From: Pseudogymnoascus verrucosus
Lineage: Eukaryota
DNA length: 32,305 bases
Assembly (NCBI GenBank): GCA_001662655.1
Contig: KV460241.1
Direction: 5' to 3' (one strand)
How positions within the stretch are numbered: position 1 is the stretch's first letter; every line of letters begins with the position of its first letter. The translations under genes and the position numbers were made by a program. The notes beneath the pieces are model-generated. The model did not search any database. It saw only the letters and a program-made list of their open reading frames with translations, and was not told the origin of the DNA. This document shows, one piece after another, positions 1-12,682 of this stretch.

Positions 1-1
1 G

Positions 2-1147
2 GATAAGGCCAAGTGGGGTGTCAACGTCCAGTGCCTCAGTGGTAGCCCTGCCAACCTCCAGGTCTACCAGGCCATCATGAGGCCCCATGAGAGACTCATG
101 GGTCTTGATCTCCCCCACGGAGGCCATCTGTCCCACGGTTACCAGACCGCGCAGCGCAAGATCTCCGCTGTCTCCACCTACTTCGAGACCTTCCCTTACC
201 GTGTCAACATTGAGACCGGCATCATCGACTACGAGCAGCTCGAGCAGAATGCCCTCATGTACAGACCCAAGGTCCTCGTTGCCGGTACCTCCGCCTACTG
301 CCGTCTGATCGACTACAAGCGCATGCGCGAGATCGCTGACAAGGTCGGTGCCTACCTTGTCGTCGACATGGCCCACATCTCCGGCCTCATCGCCGCCGGT
401 GTCATCCCCTCCCCCTTCGAGTACGCCGACATCGTCACCACCACCACCCACAAGTCCCTCCGCGGACCCCGTGGCGCCATGATCTTCTTCCGCAGAGGCG
501 TCCGCTCTACCGACGCCAAGACCGGAAAGGACATCCTCTACGACCTCGAGAACCCCATCAACTTCTCCGTCTTCCCAGGTCACCAGGGTGGACCCCACAA
601 CCACACCATCACTGCCCTCGCCGTGGCCCTCAAGCAGGCCAACACCCCCGAGTTCAAGCAGTACCAGGAGCAGGTCGTCAAGAACGCCAAGGCCATCGAG
701 GTCGAGCTGAAGCGTCTCGGCTACAAGCTCGTCGCCGACGGAACCGACTCCCACATGGTTCTCATGGATCTCCGCGCACAGTCCCTGGACGGTGCCCGCG
801 TCGAGGCCGTCCTCGAGCAGATCAACATCGCCTGCAACAAGAACGCCATCCCCGGCGACAAGTCCGCCCTCAGCCCCTGCGGTATCCGCATCGGTACCCC
901 CGCCATGACATCCCGTGGATTCGGCGAGGACGACTTCAAGAGAGTCGCCAGCTACATTGACCAGACCATCCAGATCTGCAAGGAGGTCCAGGCCGCGCTC
1001 CCCAAGCCGGATAACAAGCTCAAGGACTTCAGGGCTAAGGTTGCCGGTGGCGAGATCGAGAAGATCAACGCTCTCCGCAAGGAGATCGCCAGCTGGGCTT
1101 CCAGCTTCCCCCTCCCTGTTGAGGGATGGAGAGCCGAGAAGGCTTAA
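2..1147 (+). CDS. SHM2: Serine hydroxymethyltransferase, probably the cytosolic form; 5'-truncated by the window
   Basis: The frame is open from position 2 ([22 protein letters not shown]). It contains GGHLSHG, the PLP-lysine motif [13 protein letters not shown] and [11 protein letters not shown]. Codon usage is strongly biased and the stop is TAA at 1145-1147. Confidence 0.95.
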   Translation, partial: DKAKWGVNVQCLSGSPANLQVYQAIMRPHERLMGLDLPHGGHLSHGYQTAQRKISAVSTYFETFPYRVNIETGIIDYEQLEQNALMYRPKVLVAGTSAYCRLIDYKRMREIADKVGAYLVVDMAHISGLIAAGVIPSPFEYADIVTTTTHKSLRGPRGAMIFFRRGVRSTDAKTGKDILYDLENPINFSVFPGHQGGPHNHTITALAVALKQANTPEFKQYQEQVVKNAKAIEVELKRLGYKLVADGTDSHMVLMDLRAQSLDGARVEAVLEQINIACNKNAIPGDKSALSPCGIRIGTPAMTSRGFGEDDFKRVASYIDQTIQICKEVQAALPKPDNKLKDFRAKVAGGEIEKINALRKEIASWASSFPLPVEGWRAEKA

Positions 1148-1519
1148 GTGTTGTTTGCTTTTTATGGGTGTTTTGGTGTGGAAAGGGTTAGGGAAAGCTC
1201 ATCGCATTTTCCGGCTGGGTTGTTTATCGTTGCAGAGCCTGCTTCAACGCAGTTGATATAGAATTGGAATTACTTAAAACCATTGTGAATCAAAAGATCA
1301 CTTGACTTGTTTGATTTGAAGTGCCGTGTGCGTGTGCCTGTAGTTGTGGTGGTTTATATTGGCTGTAGTACTCGCATTCGTGGTCTCAAAAAGCATATAT
1401 AGCGTATATATACCGAAATATAACTTCACTCTGAAAGTAAGGATAGCCAAGAGAATTGAACCCAGAAATACTCCGTAAAAATAAATTCTCACTCCGTACT
1501 GAAAGCCTCATCCACTACT

Positions 1520-1620
1520 AAAAAGTTCACTGGTCGGGTGGTGAAGACGCTAGTATACATTAGGTTTAGCGCCACAGAAATGCTAGCGGGCTGCAAATCG
1601 CACTGCACGAAAAAAGTTCA
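1520..1620 (+). promoter_or_regulatory. Duplicated AAAAAGTTCA motif upstream of NOP56, a possible ribosome-biogenesis cis-element
   Basis: An identical 10-mer occurs at 1520-1529 and 1611-1620, about 145-245 bp upstream of the NOP56 ATG. It only loosely resembles RRPE. Confidence 0.25.
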
Positions 1621-1764
1621 AGCTGCGAAGCTGTGATTGAGGTTTTCCACTATCGACCAACTATCACCGACAACCATTGGACCGCAACTCTCAAGAATAA
1701 ATCTTGTGAGTTTGATAAGGTCTACGACACCAATTACGGTAGACGCCGAAGACGTTTGCCCACC

Positions 1765-3408
1765 ATGTCCGCCATCGATTACCTGCTCCACGAGAGCTCA
1801 GTGGGATATGCGATCTTCCAGGTCGTCCACCAGCCAGAGACTATTGGCAGCAGATTGAAGGAGGTTGAGGCTGCTTCCCAGGATGTCGCCAAGTTCGGAA
1901 AGATGGTCAAGCTGGTCAACTTTGCGCCTTACAGGTACAATTGAAACGGAATCAATTCTTCTAAGACGAGATTGCTAATTCTGATTACAGAGGTGCGGCC
2001 GAGGCCCTTGAGAACGTCAACCTCATCTCTGAGGGTGTCCTGTCCGAATACCTCCGCTCCGTCCTTGAGCTGAGTCTCCCAAAAGTCAGCAAGAAGAAGA
2101 AGACCGTTCTCGGTGTTCAGGACAAGGCCCTGGCCGGTAGCATCAAGGCCAACTTCTCCTCCGTCGAGTGCGAGACCGGTGACACCTCCGAGGTTGTCGC
2201 CGACCTTCTCAGAGGCCTGCGTACGCACGCTGGAAAGCTGCTGAAGGGTCTCCACGAGGGAGATGTCGAGAGAGCCCAGCTCGGTCTCGGCCACGCCTAC
2301 TCTCGCGCAAAGGTCAAGTTCTCCGTCCAGAAGAACGACAACCACATCATCCAGGCCATTGCCACCCTTGATCACCTCGACAAGGCCGTCAACACATTCT
2401 CCATGCGCGTGCGCGAGTGGTACTCGTGGCACTTCCCCGAGCTGATCAAGATCGTCTCGGACAACCACACCTACGCCAAGCTGGCCCTCGCCATCGGCGA
2501 CAAGAAGTCCCTCAGCGACGACCGTCTCCACGACATCGCCGCGCTCGTCAACGACGACGCCGACATCGCCCAGGCCATCATCGACGCCGGCAAGGTGTCC
2601 ATGGGCCAGGACATCTCCGAGGAGGACATGAAGAACGTCTCTGCGTTCGCTAACCGCGTCGTCAAGCTCGCCGAATACCGCCGCTCCCTCTTCCAATACC
2701 TCACCGACAAGATGGCCATCGTCGCGCCCAACCTGGCCTCGCTGATCGGCGAGGTCGTCGCCGCGCGCCTCATCTCCCACGCGGGCTCTCTCACCAACCT
2801 CTCCAAGTACCCCGCCTCCACCGTCCAGATTCTCGGTGCTGAGAAGGCGCTGTTCCGCGCGCTGAAGACCAAGGGAAACACCCCCAAGTACGGTCTTATT
2901 TACCACTCTAGCTTCATTGGTCGCGCTGGCGCCAAGAACAAGGGCCGCATTTCCAGATTCTTGGCCAACAAGTGCTCCATTGCGTCGAGGATTGATAACT
3001 TCTCCGAGACCCCGTCGACGAAGTTCGGTGAGGCTCTCAAGGCTCAGGTCGAGGAGAGACTTGAGTTCTACGCCACCGGAAAGGCACCAACCAGGAACGA
3101 GGAGGCTATGGTACGTTATCCGTTTACATTTCCCTAAAAAAATAAAAAAACAGATTTGCTAACACACCCCGCAGAAGGGAGCCATGGATGCCGTCCTCGG
3201 CGAGATCCAGATCGACCCCGAGATGGCCGATATCGTCCCCCCCAGCGCCACCAAGAAGGATAAGAAGGAGAAGAAAGATAAGAAGGAGAAGAAGAGCAAG
3301 TCCGGCGGCGACGACGAGAAGAAGGACAAGAAGCGCCGGCGCAGCGAGGCTGCCGACGAGGAGCCCCCGAAGAAGGAGAAGAAGAAGAGCAAGAAGGTCG
3401 CTGCCTAG
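1765..3408 (+). CDS. NOP56: Nucleolar protein 56 (box C/D snoRNP); exons 1765-1934, 1991-3110, 3175-3408; ~507 aa
   Basis: N-terminus [18 protein letters not shown], then [28 protein letters not shown] and [23 protein letters not shown], ending in a KKE/D-rich tail. Both introns are GT-AG with CTAA(T/C) branch sites and splice in frame. Confidence 0.95.
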
Positions 3409-3845
3409 ATGTGCCCTAGCGGCGCTTCTCCCTTTTGCTACGACTCTTGTACTTCTCTCTTGTGTTTTTTTCATAACTCGGCGCGGTCATGAAGGTGTGG
3501 GTGCGCATACAGTTCTAGTTTGTGCATGTTTGGCGTTTGCGGCTCTGTGTAGGCTGGCATCTTTAGGATCTTAGGTGCTTCGAATAAATAACATGTGAAA
3601 AGAAATATGGGGTGCTTGCTGCCGTGAATACTGTGACTGTTGTGGCTATAACTGTATGTTCTGTGGGCATAACATATACTCAATAATTCTGTATAATTTT
3701 CTATATCCCCTCCTCATCTCTGTATACCCTCCTATAAACAAATGCTCCCACCCCTTCCCCAAACGCCGCGCTTCAATGTCCAACCCCATCCTAACCAAGC
3801 TATCTGCGCACATCCAGACAACTCCTCCTTCCCCACAACAAACGT

Positions 3846-5292
3846 CTACGCGCCCTCACTACCGAATTCGGCGGTCCACTCTTCGCTGCGCTTGATATCC
3901 TCCTGCGACACTGTTGGTCGCGAGCTCTTGACTGCTTTGATGAAGTCCTTGAGTAGGAGAGGGGGCTCGAGGAGAGCGTCGCTGTCGACTTCTGTCCAGG
4001 ACATCTCGATTGCGCCTTGGTCGCCAGGGGAGCAGGGAGTAAGTTTTTCGGCGCCATCGACATCGACCTGCTATTGTTAGAACCTACATAACACCCCATA
4101 ATATTCCACTCCAGGATTCAAGGGAGGATTAAAGGAGAGGGAAATCGGAACGCACCTTCTTATAATGCGTAGACATCTGAATCTTCCTCACCGGCTGCAT
4201 CAGCGCATCCTGCACCGCCACACTAATATCACTCCCCGAATACCCCTCACTCAGCTCCCCCAGCTTCCTAAAATCCGCTGGCGTAAGATCACACGGCGTC
4301 GTCCCCACCGCCAGCTCAAACATCTTCGTCCGTGCCGGCAAATCGGGCAGAGAGATATGGACACGCCTCTGAAAGCGGCGTCGAATCGCATTATCCAGCT
4401 GCCACGGGATGTTCGTCGCGCCGAGGACGAGGACGCCCCGAGAATCTTGCCCGACGCCGTCCATCTGAACTAGCATCTCGGTTTTGATGCGGCGAGAGGC
4501 TTCGGATTGGCCTTCGTCGCGGGAGCCGCAGAGCGCGTCGACCTCGTCGATGAAGATGATCGAGGGCTTGTTTTCGCGGGCCATAGCGAAGAGTTGCTTC
4601 ACCAACCTAGTCTTGAATTAGCATCTTGCAACCAACCATTCTGGCACTTGGGAAAACACATACCTCTCACTCTCTCCCATCCACTTACTCACCAAATCCG
4701 AGCTACTAACACTAAAAAACGTACTATTCGCCTCCGTAGCCACCGCCTTTGCCAAAAACGACTTCCCCGTCCCCGGCGGCCCATACATCAGAATCCCCTT
4801 CCACGGCTGCCTCTTCCCCACAAACAGATGCGGGAACTTAATCGGCAGAATCACCGCCTCCTTCAGCGCCTCCTTCGCACCCTCCAGCCCCGCAACATCC
4901 TCCCATTTGATATTCGGCTTATCCTGCAAGATCGCCCCGGCCAGCGCATTGCGTAGTTTTTTGTTATCCGCGTCGCCCTCGTCCTCGTCCTTGGCCTTGC
5001 CGTTGCCCCCGCGCGAGGACCCGTCAGCGCCCATCATGGAGGGTTTCTTATGCTTCCCCTCCGCGTCGGCGAGGTGCTGTTTTAGCTTCTCGGCGCGCTC
5101 CATGTACTCCGATGCTTTGGCGCGGATCATCTCCTTGGAGCGGGCGTTCTTCTCCCATTTCAGGGCGAGCATGAAGAGTTCCAGCGACTGGTAGTAGAGT
5201 TGGTACGCTTTGTCGTAGTCGCCGTTCGTGTCGCTCTCGATGGCTTTTTTGACGACGTCGATGGCGCGGCCGAGGAAGTCGGTGTTGGACAT
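3846..5292 (-). CDS. VPS4: AAA ATPase Vps4; exons 5292-4664, 4606-4156, 4067-3846; ~433 aa
   Basis: MIT domain starting [12 protein letters not shown], Walker A GPPGTGKS, Walker B IIFIDEVD, and the Vps4 C-terminus LTPCSPGD...[10 protein letters not shown]. Two in-frame GT-AG introns. Confidence 0.96.
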
Positions 5293-5802
5293 CTTGGAGA
5301 GGGGTGGGAGGTGAATTGCTCGAGTGGCGAGGAGTGTGGAATTCGAGTTTGGAGGTTGGCGTAGAGGCCTAGATGAGGGGTTTGGTGGGATAGAAGTGGT
5401 GTTGCCTAGACGACCTCGCAAACGCTGACGAATACCTCGAGACTTCAGCACGTAGCCCTCACAACGCTTATAGCACGCAATGCAGCAAGTAATCGATATG
5501 ACAGGTGGAGAAAGAAGCCAAGGGCGGTTTCGAATGTCGCCGTGGTGGTGTTAAACGGCTTGTTGTCAGTCGCCGCTCGCTCCAGTGACGCAAGGCCAGC
5601 CGCCCGCTTCGCTTGACGCGGACCCCACCAAGAAACGTGCCTCAAATCGGTCCAGGGGTGCAAGCACCACAGCAAAAAGAGCCTCCTCCGCAAAATCACA
5701 GGAACTCCGAACGCACGACATTATAGCTGTGCATAGTAACCGCAGCAAGCTGGTATACGAATAGTTAAATCTCCGTCTGAATATACGCACTTCACAGCAA
5801 AT
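5293..5802. promoter_or_regulatory. Shared divergent promoter region of VPS4 and prefoldin 6
   Basis: 510 bp between head-to-head start codons. Confidence 0.55.
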
Positions 5803-6560
5803 ATGGCAGAAGCACAACAGCGCGCTCAAGTCCTAACGGATGAATACCAGAAGCTCCAAGCTGGTACCCCCCCCTCCCTCTCCCCCCGTTCATCCTCTCG
5901 CAGACCCCCTCTAACACCCCACCAGAGCTCCAAACCATCGTCTCCGCGCGCCAAAAGCTCGAGAGCCAGCAGCAAGAGAACAAGGGCGTGAAGCGGGTTC
6001 GTCTTTCCTTTCCTTTCCCAGTCCACTCCTCCTCGGGGCCTACTCCGACAATTGAGGGGGAATATGGGGAACATGTGTGCTAATCTAACTTCTGATTACA
6101 GGAATTCGACTCCCTCGCCGAGGAAGCGAATATCTATAAACTCGTTGGACCGGTGCTGTTGAAGCAGGAGAAGACGGAGGCGGTTATGGCTGTGGACGGA
6201 CGGTTGGAGTTTATTGATAATGAGATGTATGTCCCCCTTCTTCCCGTCCGGCTGGCACGCTGTTCTACCCCATCCGCTATACCCCTAAGAATATCGCGGA
6301 AGCTAACAAAAAGCACAGAAAACGCACCGAAAAGCAAATCGCAGATATCCAAGCCTCCAGCGACGCAAAGCGGTCTGAAGTACGTCTCCCCATACCTCCT
6401 CTCCTCCCTCCCCCTTTCCCCCCGCCTTTCCCCTCCGGCCCCTCCCCATCATTCGCACCCTTCGTCCTTCTCTCCTTACCAACCCAAAGAGCCAGCCCAA
6501 ACTAACCCTCCCAAGATAATCAACCTCCAACAATCCCAAGCCCCCCAACAAACCGCCTGA
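5803..6560 (+). CDS. YKE2: Prefoldin subunit 6; exons 5803-5863, 5926-5996, 6102-6226, 6319-6379, 6516-6560; ~120 aa
   Basis: The spliced product reads MAEAQQRAQVLTDEYQKLQAELQTIVSARQKLESQQQENKGVKREFDSLAEEANIYKLVGPVLLKQEKTEAVMAVDGRLEFIDNEIKRTEKQ. YKLVGPVLLKQ is the beta-prefoldin signature. All four introns have CTAAC branch sites. Confidence 0.9.
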
Positions 6561-9500
6561 TACCCCCCCGGCTCACCGACGCCGCTCCAAGACTGAGCGA
6601 GTGAGAGCGGTGTACACGGGATGTCGCAGATGGCAGGAGGCGGGGTGCATGTCACCTAGGGGATACTGCGGATCGCTTGCCTGCGTGTATGTTGGGTATA
6701 GATGCATACTGTCTCTCTGTCTCGGGATCCACGGAAACTTACGGACCCTCCTCCCATCTGGCGCGGGGAACTTCGGAGTGTGGTGCCTGCCTACATACAC
6801 ACATGACGGATCAGTCGGGATTCTACAGTTCCCACACACCTTATGCACCTACTTGGGGGGTGAGGGAAGAACCGGCAGGCTGCAGCTGTCACCACGCATT
6901 GTACCTGCCTCCCATCACTTCTCATCTGCAGGATCTCTGCATAGTCCCGACAATCCGGCTGGCTGGCTACCTCCATACATCCGTCTCCTGCAGCAGCGCG
7001 GGAGGATGCGGGGGATGTGCCGCGGCTGTTCGATGCAGGCCTCTCTCTTTTGTAGGGAGGGAGGGGAGGGTGGACACGCGTGGCTGTTGATGCCCTACCT
7101 AGCTACCTACCTACCTGGTGCTAAATTTTATCATATTCCTTCCCGTATACTACCGTCTACCTTGCTTGCAGATGGTGTGTGTGATGTGTGTGTGTGTGGA
7201 TATGTGTGTGTGGATGTTTATAGCGCATATAACTGTTTATACCTCGGCTTGTTGGATTATCTCGAGGAGTGTTTCGATTCTCATGTATTTCCTAATTAGG
7301 TGACTTCGGCGAGCTGTATTTCTACCTCTCTACCAGCCTACCAACCCACCTCCTCCACCTCACCTCATCCCCCTACTCCCTCCACCTCCTTCCTCACCCA
7401 TCCACCAACTATGAAACACGCACCACACACACACACCACAAACCACACCAACACCACCCAACCGGCAAAACTCGGATAAAACGGTAGAAACGCGGACATG
7501 AGGGAAGAGAAGAGAAGAGAAGAGAAGTGGGTGTGTAAGACGGGATAACCACGTACCTTCAAACGCGTTTCCATTTTACCCCTCCCTCCTAGCTCCCTCC
7601 CTCCCGAGAAACGGCAGAGGCTTACGGGCCGAGGCGATACCCCAATCCCATCCCACACCCGTCTCACAGTACGGCTGAGTGAGCGCGTGGTATACAGGGA
7701 AAGGAAAGGAACGTCCCGGGAGGACCGGGGGTGTCGGGGGATGATGATGACCCGAAGGATCATGTCACTGGCACTTCCCTTCCCTTCCCATCCATCCACG
7801 ATGTCCTCGTGGTCATCCGCGTATCCGTCCCTGTCTTCCTCCCTCCCGTCCCGTATAGTATCCGTAATACCATAGCTGCCCAACCCAGCGGGATTTCCAA
7901 ACCCCGCTCTGTACAGTAAGACTCACCGTCTGTCTGTCTGTCTGTCTGTCCATCTATCTGATATACATCACACGTGGCATACCGGCCCAACCCCTTGGTC
8001 TCTCCATATTGTACCCCACTGAAATCCAATCTCCCTCAACGGCTTTTCTCCCGGCGGCTGCCCAGAGATAATTCTCCGCTGCACAAGAAACCCTAAGACC
8101 GGTTAATCCTCCCCATCGCTTGCTGCTTGCTGCACAACCGTTGCACTTGCTCGTGCGCACGCTGCGCACGCTTTGACCGCGTCTCGTGGTGGATCGACAG
8201 TGCGGTATTAGGCGTAGGGGAGGGTTGTAGGGGTATAGTAGGGGTGTAGACCCATGTGTACCCCTGCAGTCCCCTGGACAAATCCCACGTAACCCCTGGT
8301 CAACGCGGCCTTCGAGAAGGATTGATAGTGCTTCTACCGCGGTGCCATGTGGAGAGGTGGTGGAGGGAAGGGGTGGGATTGGGGGTACACTCGGGATGGG
8401 GGGGAGGGGAGGGGAGTATTGTGCTGCATTGCATTGCATTTGGGAGTTTGGATAGATGGGTGAGGGAGGGACAGAGAGGCGGATAATGGGGAGGTGGGAG
8501 GACACGTTACTCCTCCTTCCTCGTTGCGTATCCATATCCAGCCGCGAGTTTGTACACCTCACCTCACCACAGCGTACACAACCCCAAACCCAGCCCATCT
8601 CAACGGCTCCATCCTCTCCACGCTACACATGCATGCAGAACTCCCTCCATTTCCACACTCCTCGGCGCGTCTTTCCCCCCATCGTCTCACCACCGCAAAA
8701 CACCTCCGACTAACCACCGCGCGATTAAACACACATACCCATACTCGCCCCTTCCACCTATACCACTCATCACCACCCATCACCAGCGACCGAGCAACCA
8801 ACCGACCGGCGCAACTCTATCCGCCCATCTGCCTGTCTGCCGTCTTTCTGCGACAACCCACCCACGCACCCAAGCACACATCCACATACCACGCCGACGC
8901 GCGTGGACCCGTAGTGCCGTAGGGCCGAATCGAATGGCACCTGTCTGTCAGCGGTCTAGCAGCGGCCGGGCGGGGTGTGTAATTTCGGCCCCTTCCTTCC
9001 TTTTTGCCCTACCCTTCGCTTCGCTTGCCTCGCGACGAGGTGATGTATTGTATTGTATTGTATCTCTCATGCTCTCTGACTGTCAAGTCAAGTCACCCGC
9101 TCCAACACAACAGTGTCGTAGGTTGGTTGGGTGATATAATGTGAAATCCCGCACTCCCGATAGGTGGACTTACCCTTACCACCCCCCCTCCCGATCTTTT
9201 CTGCTTATACTCTCGGACTACCCTTCCAAGCCATCCGGATGCGATGGTGGTGGTGGTGATGCTGATGCTGGTGCTGATCAACCCTCCCCCCAGCGGAGCC
9301 CTCGGACCGACCTATCCCGTCTCCATCTCGTTGTCCATCTCGTTGCCCGATCCCAGCTGCCCGCGCGTGCGAGTGTGTGTCGGTACTCTTCGGCGCTTTG
9401 AGGGGAGTGGTTTGGGGGATTGCTAATGTTGGTCTGTGTGGTCTGTGGAATGTGGTATGTAGTTGGTACGAGTACGAGTACTTACCGAGACATCCCCCCA

Positions 9501-12500
9501 TCCCCCCATCCCCCCATTCCCCCCTGTCTGCACCACACTCCCCTCCCCTTCCCTCCCTTCCTCCCTTACTTCCCTCCCCCTCCCCTCCGCCGCCCTCATA
9601 CCCTGGTTCACACATGGCGGCGCATCCACCCCCTGTCTTTCTGTCTGGACTAGGATCCTGGGCTGGATGGGTTGGTTTGGGTGTATTCCGCTCCGAGATG
9701 GGTGGGGGCTGTCTGTTGGCTAGCTGCTTGCGTTGATTTGATTTAACTCGGCGCCTTCTGATTTGAGTTGATTGCGTGGAGAGTAGGGGAGAGGCGGTGA
9801 GTGAGGGAGTGGAGTGGTGGGGAGATGGGGGAGTGGAGGAGGAGGGTCGAGGGGGTCGAGGAGGATGAAGGAGTGGATGAGGAGAATGAAGAAGAGCTGG
9901 AAGGGAAGGAGGGAGGGGCAGAAGGAGTGGAGGAAGTTAGAAGGGAAGGTGGTTCCTGGCTGGCTGGCTGACAGCTGACAGCGGCGGCGGCGGTGGTGGT
10001 GACAGTTTGACAGGTGATAGCTGATAGAGTGGAGGAAGGAAGGAGCGACGACGAGGTGGATGAGATGGATGCGGTGGATGAGGTCGATGAGCTGGATATC
10101 GACGGCGTGGATGCGGCTGTGGCTGTGGTAATCGTCGTATTCATTCATTCCCTGGTAACCCATCATCGTCAGTAATCAATCAATCATCATCATCGTCGTC
10201 GGGTCGGGTTCTCTGGTAACAGCCCAGCCCAGCCCAGTCTACTGGTAGTATACTATACCACCTGCATCGTGTAATCAATCAATCGACCAGCCCTCCTCAT
10301 GGTAACCGTCGCTACTCAACCACCCTCCCTCCCTCATGGTAACCGTCGATATCCTGTGCTGTGCTGCTGTGGTATGTGTGTATACAGCAGGGTAGCCGGG
10401 GACGACGACGAGGGTGTGCGTGTGGTGTATAGCCGCGGATAATTGGGAGATGGGTAGAGGCTGTCGATGTAGTCGTCGATGGAGTCGTCGATGCCGGTAT
10501 GGATATCTACATCTACATCTACAATCTTGCATGTGTATGCGCATTCGTATGGGTATGTCTGATCTCTGCCGCCCATGACGACAATCATTTTTATGCCTCC
10601 GTATACTTTCTCTCCTCTATAGCCGATACTATACCCATACTACTATAGTTCATAAGCAGCCTCATCCCAATTCATCCATCCCCATCCGCCATCCGCCATC
10701 CGCCCTCCGCATCTCCATTCCCATACATGCCGCATCCGTCCCCTCCAATCTCTCTCTCTCTCTCTGCTCCCCGCCCCCCGGCCCTTCATAACTTCACATT
10801 TCACACTTCACAACGTCACTCTCCACCTTCATACTTCATACTTCATACTTCACCCTCCTCCACTTTCATACTTCACCCCCACCCATCACCCTCACCCTTC
10901 ATCTCCCTCCAATTGGCAAAAAAACTGCATACTACATAACCCAAACTCTATACGCAACTACCTACCAGCTGCCACCCGTCAAAAAGAGATGAGACGACAG
11001 CTCGACACGAGACGATCTGCGCTGCATCAGCTCTCCATTGCGAATCTTCCTGTGCACCTCCCTGCCCATCCTACTCTGCATCTCACTATACATCCTCTTG
11101 TGCGCACTACTATATAGCCGTGCATCCTGTGCATCCTGTGCACCCTGGGCAGCCTATACAGAACTACCGTCCGAAGTATATTCCTCGAAGACGATCCGAT
11201 CATCATCCTACTCTATTCTCCGCTGCTCATCTTGTCCGTCTTTGGCCATCTTGCAGGTATTCCAATTCCAGCCCCACCATCCCAGGATATATCCCAGGAC
11301 AGACAGGCATCATCGACAGTGCAGGTACTCTTTTTTTTACCACTCTTTTACCACTCTACATACTCTACAATACTTGACATCCACTCCGACAATCAACAAG
11401 GTATACCCTACCAGTCTATACCAGTCTATACCACTCTCTACTACTCTCGACCACTCCCTACCAGTCTATTTATTCCCGTCATCAATATACATCACCCTAC
11501 AGGGCAGGCACGCGGGATACCACGGTCGATCCCTCCCAGCCGATCACTCGCGACAGCGACAGGCCCTGGCGATACTTTAGCAGCCCTGGGAAATACTTCC
11601 AGCCCACTTACCACTCGGACACTTCCACTGTTCCGCTGGGAATACTTACAACCAACCCACTCCACTCCACTCAAAGCCAACCCACAACTCTCTCCAGCCC
11701 ACTCTGCAGCCCAACTGCATGAAGTGACGCCCCTTCCCTACCTTCCCTACCTTCCCGACACTCAAAACGTCCAAGTCCAAGCCTTACAGAGCAAGCACAT
11801 GCAGTAAATACTGCAACTGCACATATACACATATAACCACCGAAATAAGACGCCAGTGCAGTAGTCAGTACCATACATTACCACGCACGCCGTCCCGTCC
11901 GTCTGTCTAGACCCAGCCCGCCCGCGCCTCTTATCAACTACTTGCGCCCGCCGCTCTTTCCCAGAAACTCGAAATTCTTCCGTCAGTCAGTCTTCACACC
12001 AACAGCTCGACTCTCTCCCTTCAACGAAACATCACTTCCGAACTTCACATTCGCCTCCCCCGCCTCGCGTCCAATTCACCTTCACCATCGAATACGATCA
12101 CCCCTCTCGACTTCCTCCATCTGCCGACGCCGCGCCGGCCAAGTTCCGTAGGATCGAAACCCGCCAGATCGCCGGGTCAGGAAAGTGGATAAGCCCAGCC
12201 GCGGCACTACTCGGTCCAGGCCCCGCCCACGAAACCAACCCTCTTCGTCACCCGGCCCTGCCCAGTCCATCATCCGTAAGCCTGGGGCAAAAGAAATCAC
12301 GCTGACGATATACAACACTATTCACACCCACCACCGTTCTCCGCCCTCCGTCTCTCTGTCTGTCGCCCGCCACCATCCACCACCACCCGTCCACCACACC
12401 ACCGCGATCTACATAATAAGGTGCTGAGAGGGCGCCCGCCGCAACCTTCACACGACGGTGCGATAGCGACTGTACGAGTACTGTGCTGTCCGTACTGTAC

Positions 12501-12682
12501 TGTATACACTCGACACACATACGATACGATACGCACGAGACAACAACGAGAATACCACTCCCTCACACCCGCTGGCTGGCCTTAGCGACGACGAGTGAGA
12601 CAGGTGTGCACACCCAAACCAGGACTCGACGCTCTGCCTGAGCAGCAGACAACAACACATACACACACAACGAGCAGCAGTC
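6561..12682. repeat. Long low-complexity intergenic tract rich in microsatellites and purine/pyrimidine runs
   Basis: Includes (TG)n at ~7175-7210, (GAGAA)n at ~7505-7525, (TCTG)n at ~7929-7950, (TATTG)n at ~9046-9062 and (CCATCCG)n at ~10682-10703. The ORFs here have no recognisable domains. Confidence 0.7.

Noticed and set aside
1929..2906. 325 aa antisense ORF, and similar shadow ORFs over SHM2, VPS4 and the glycosyltransferase
   Set aside because: These are antisense or alternate-frame by-products of biased codon usage in real genes.
6601..11807. Many 60-230 aa ORFs in the intergenic tract, including the Ser/Thr-rich 9743-10144
   Set aside because: They are low-complexity translations of microsatellite and skewed DNA, with no domains or core-gene codon bias.
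6561..12682. Possible telomerase RNA in the long gap
   Set aside because: I found no TAACCCTAA template by eye. The CTAACCC hits nearby are intron branch sites.
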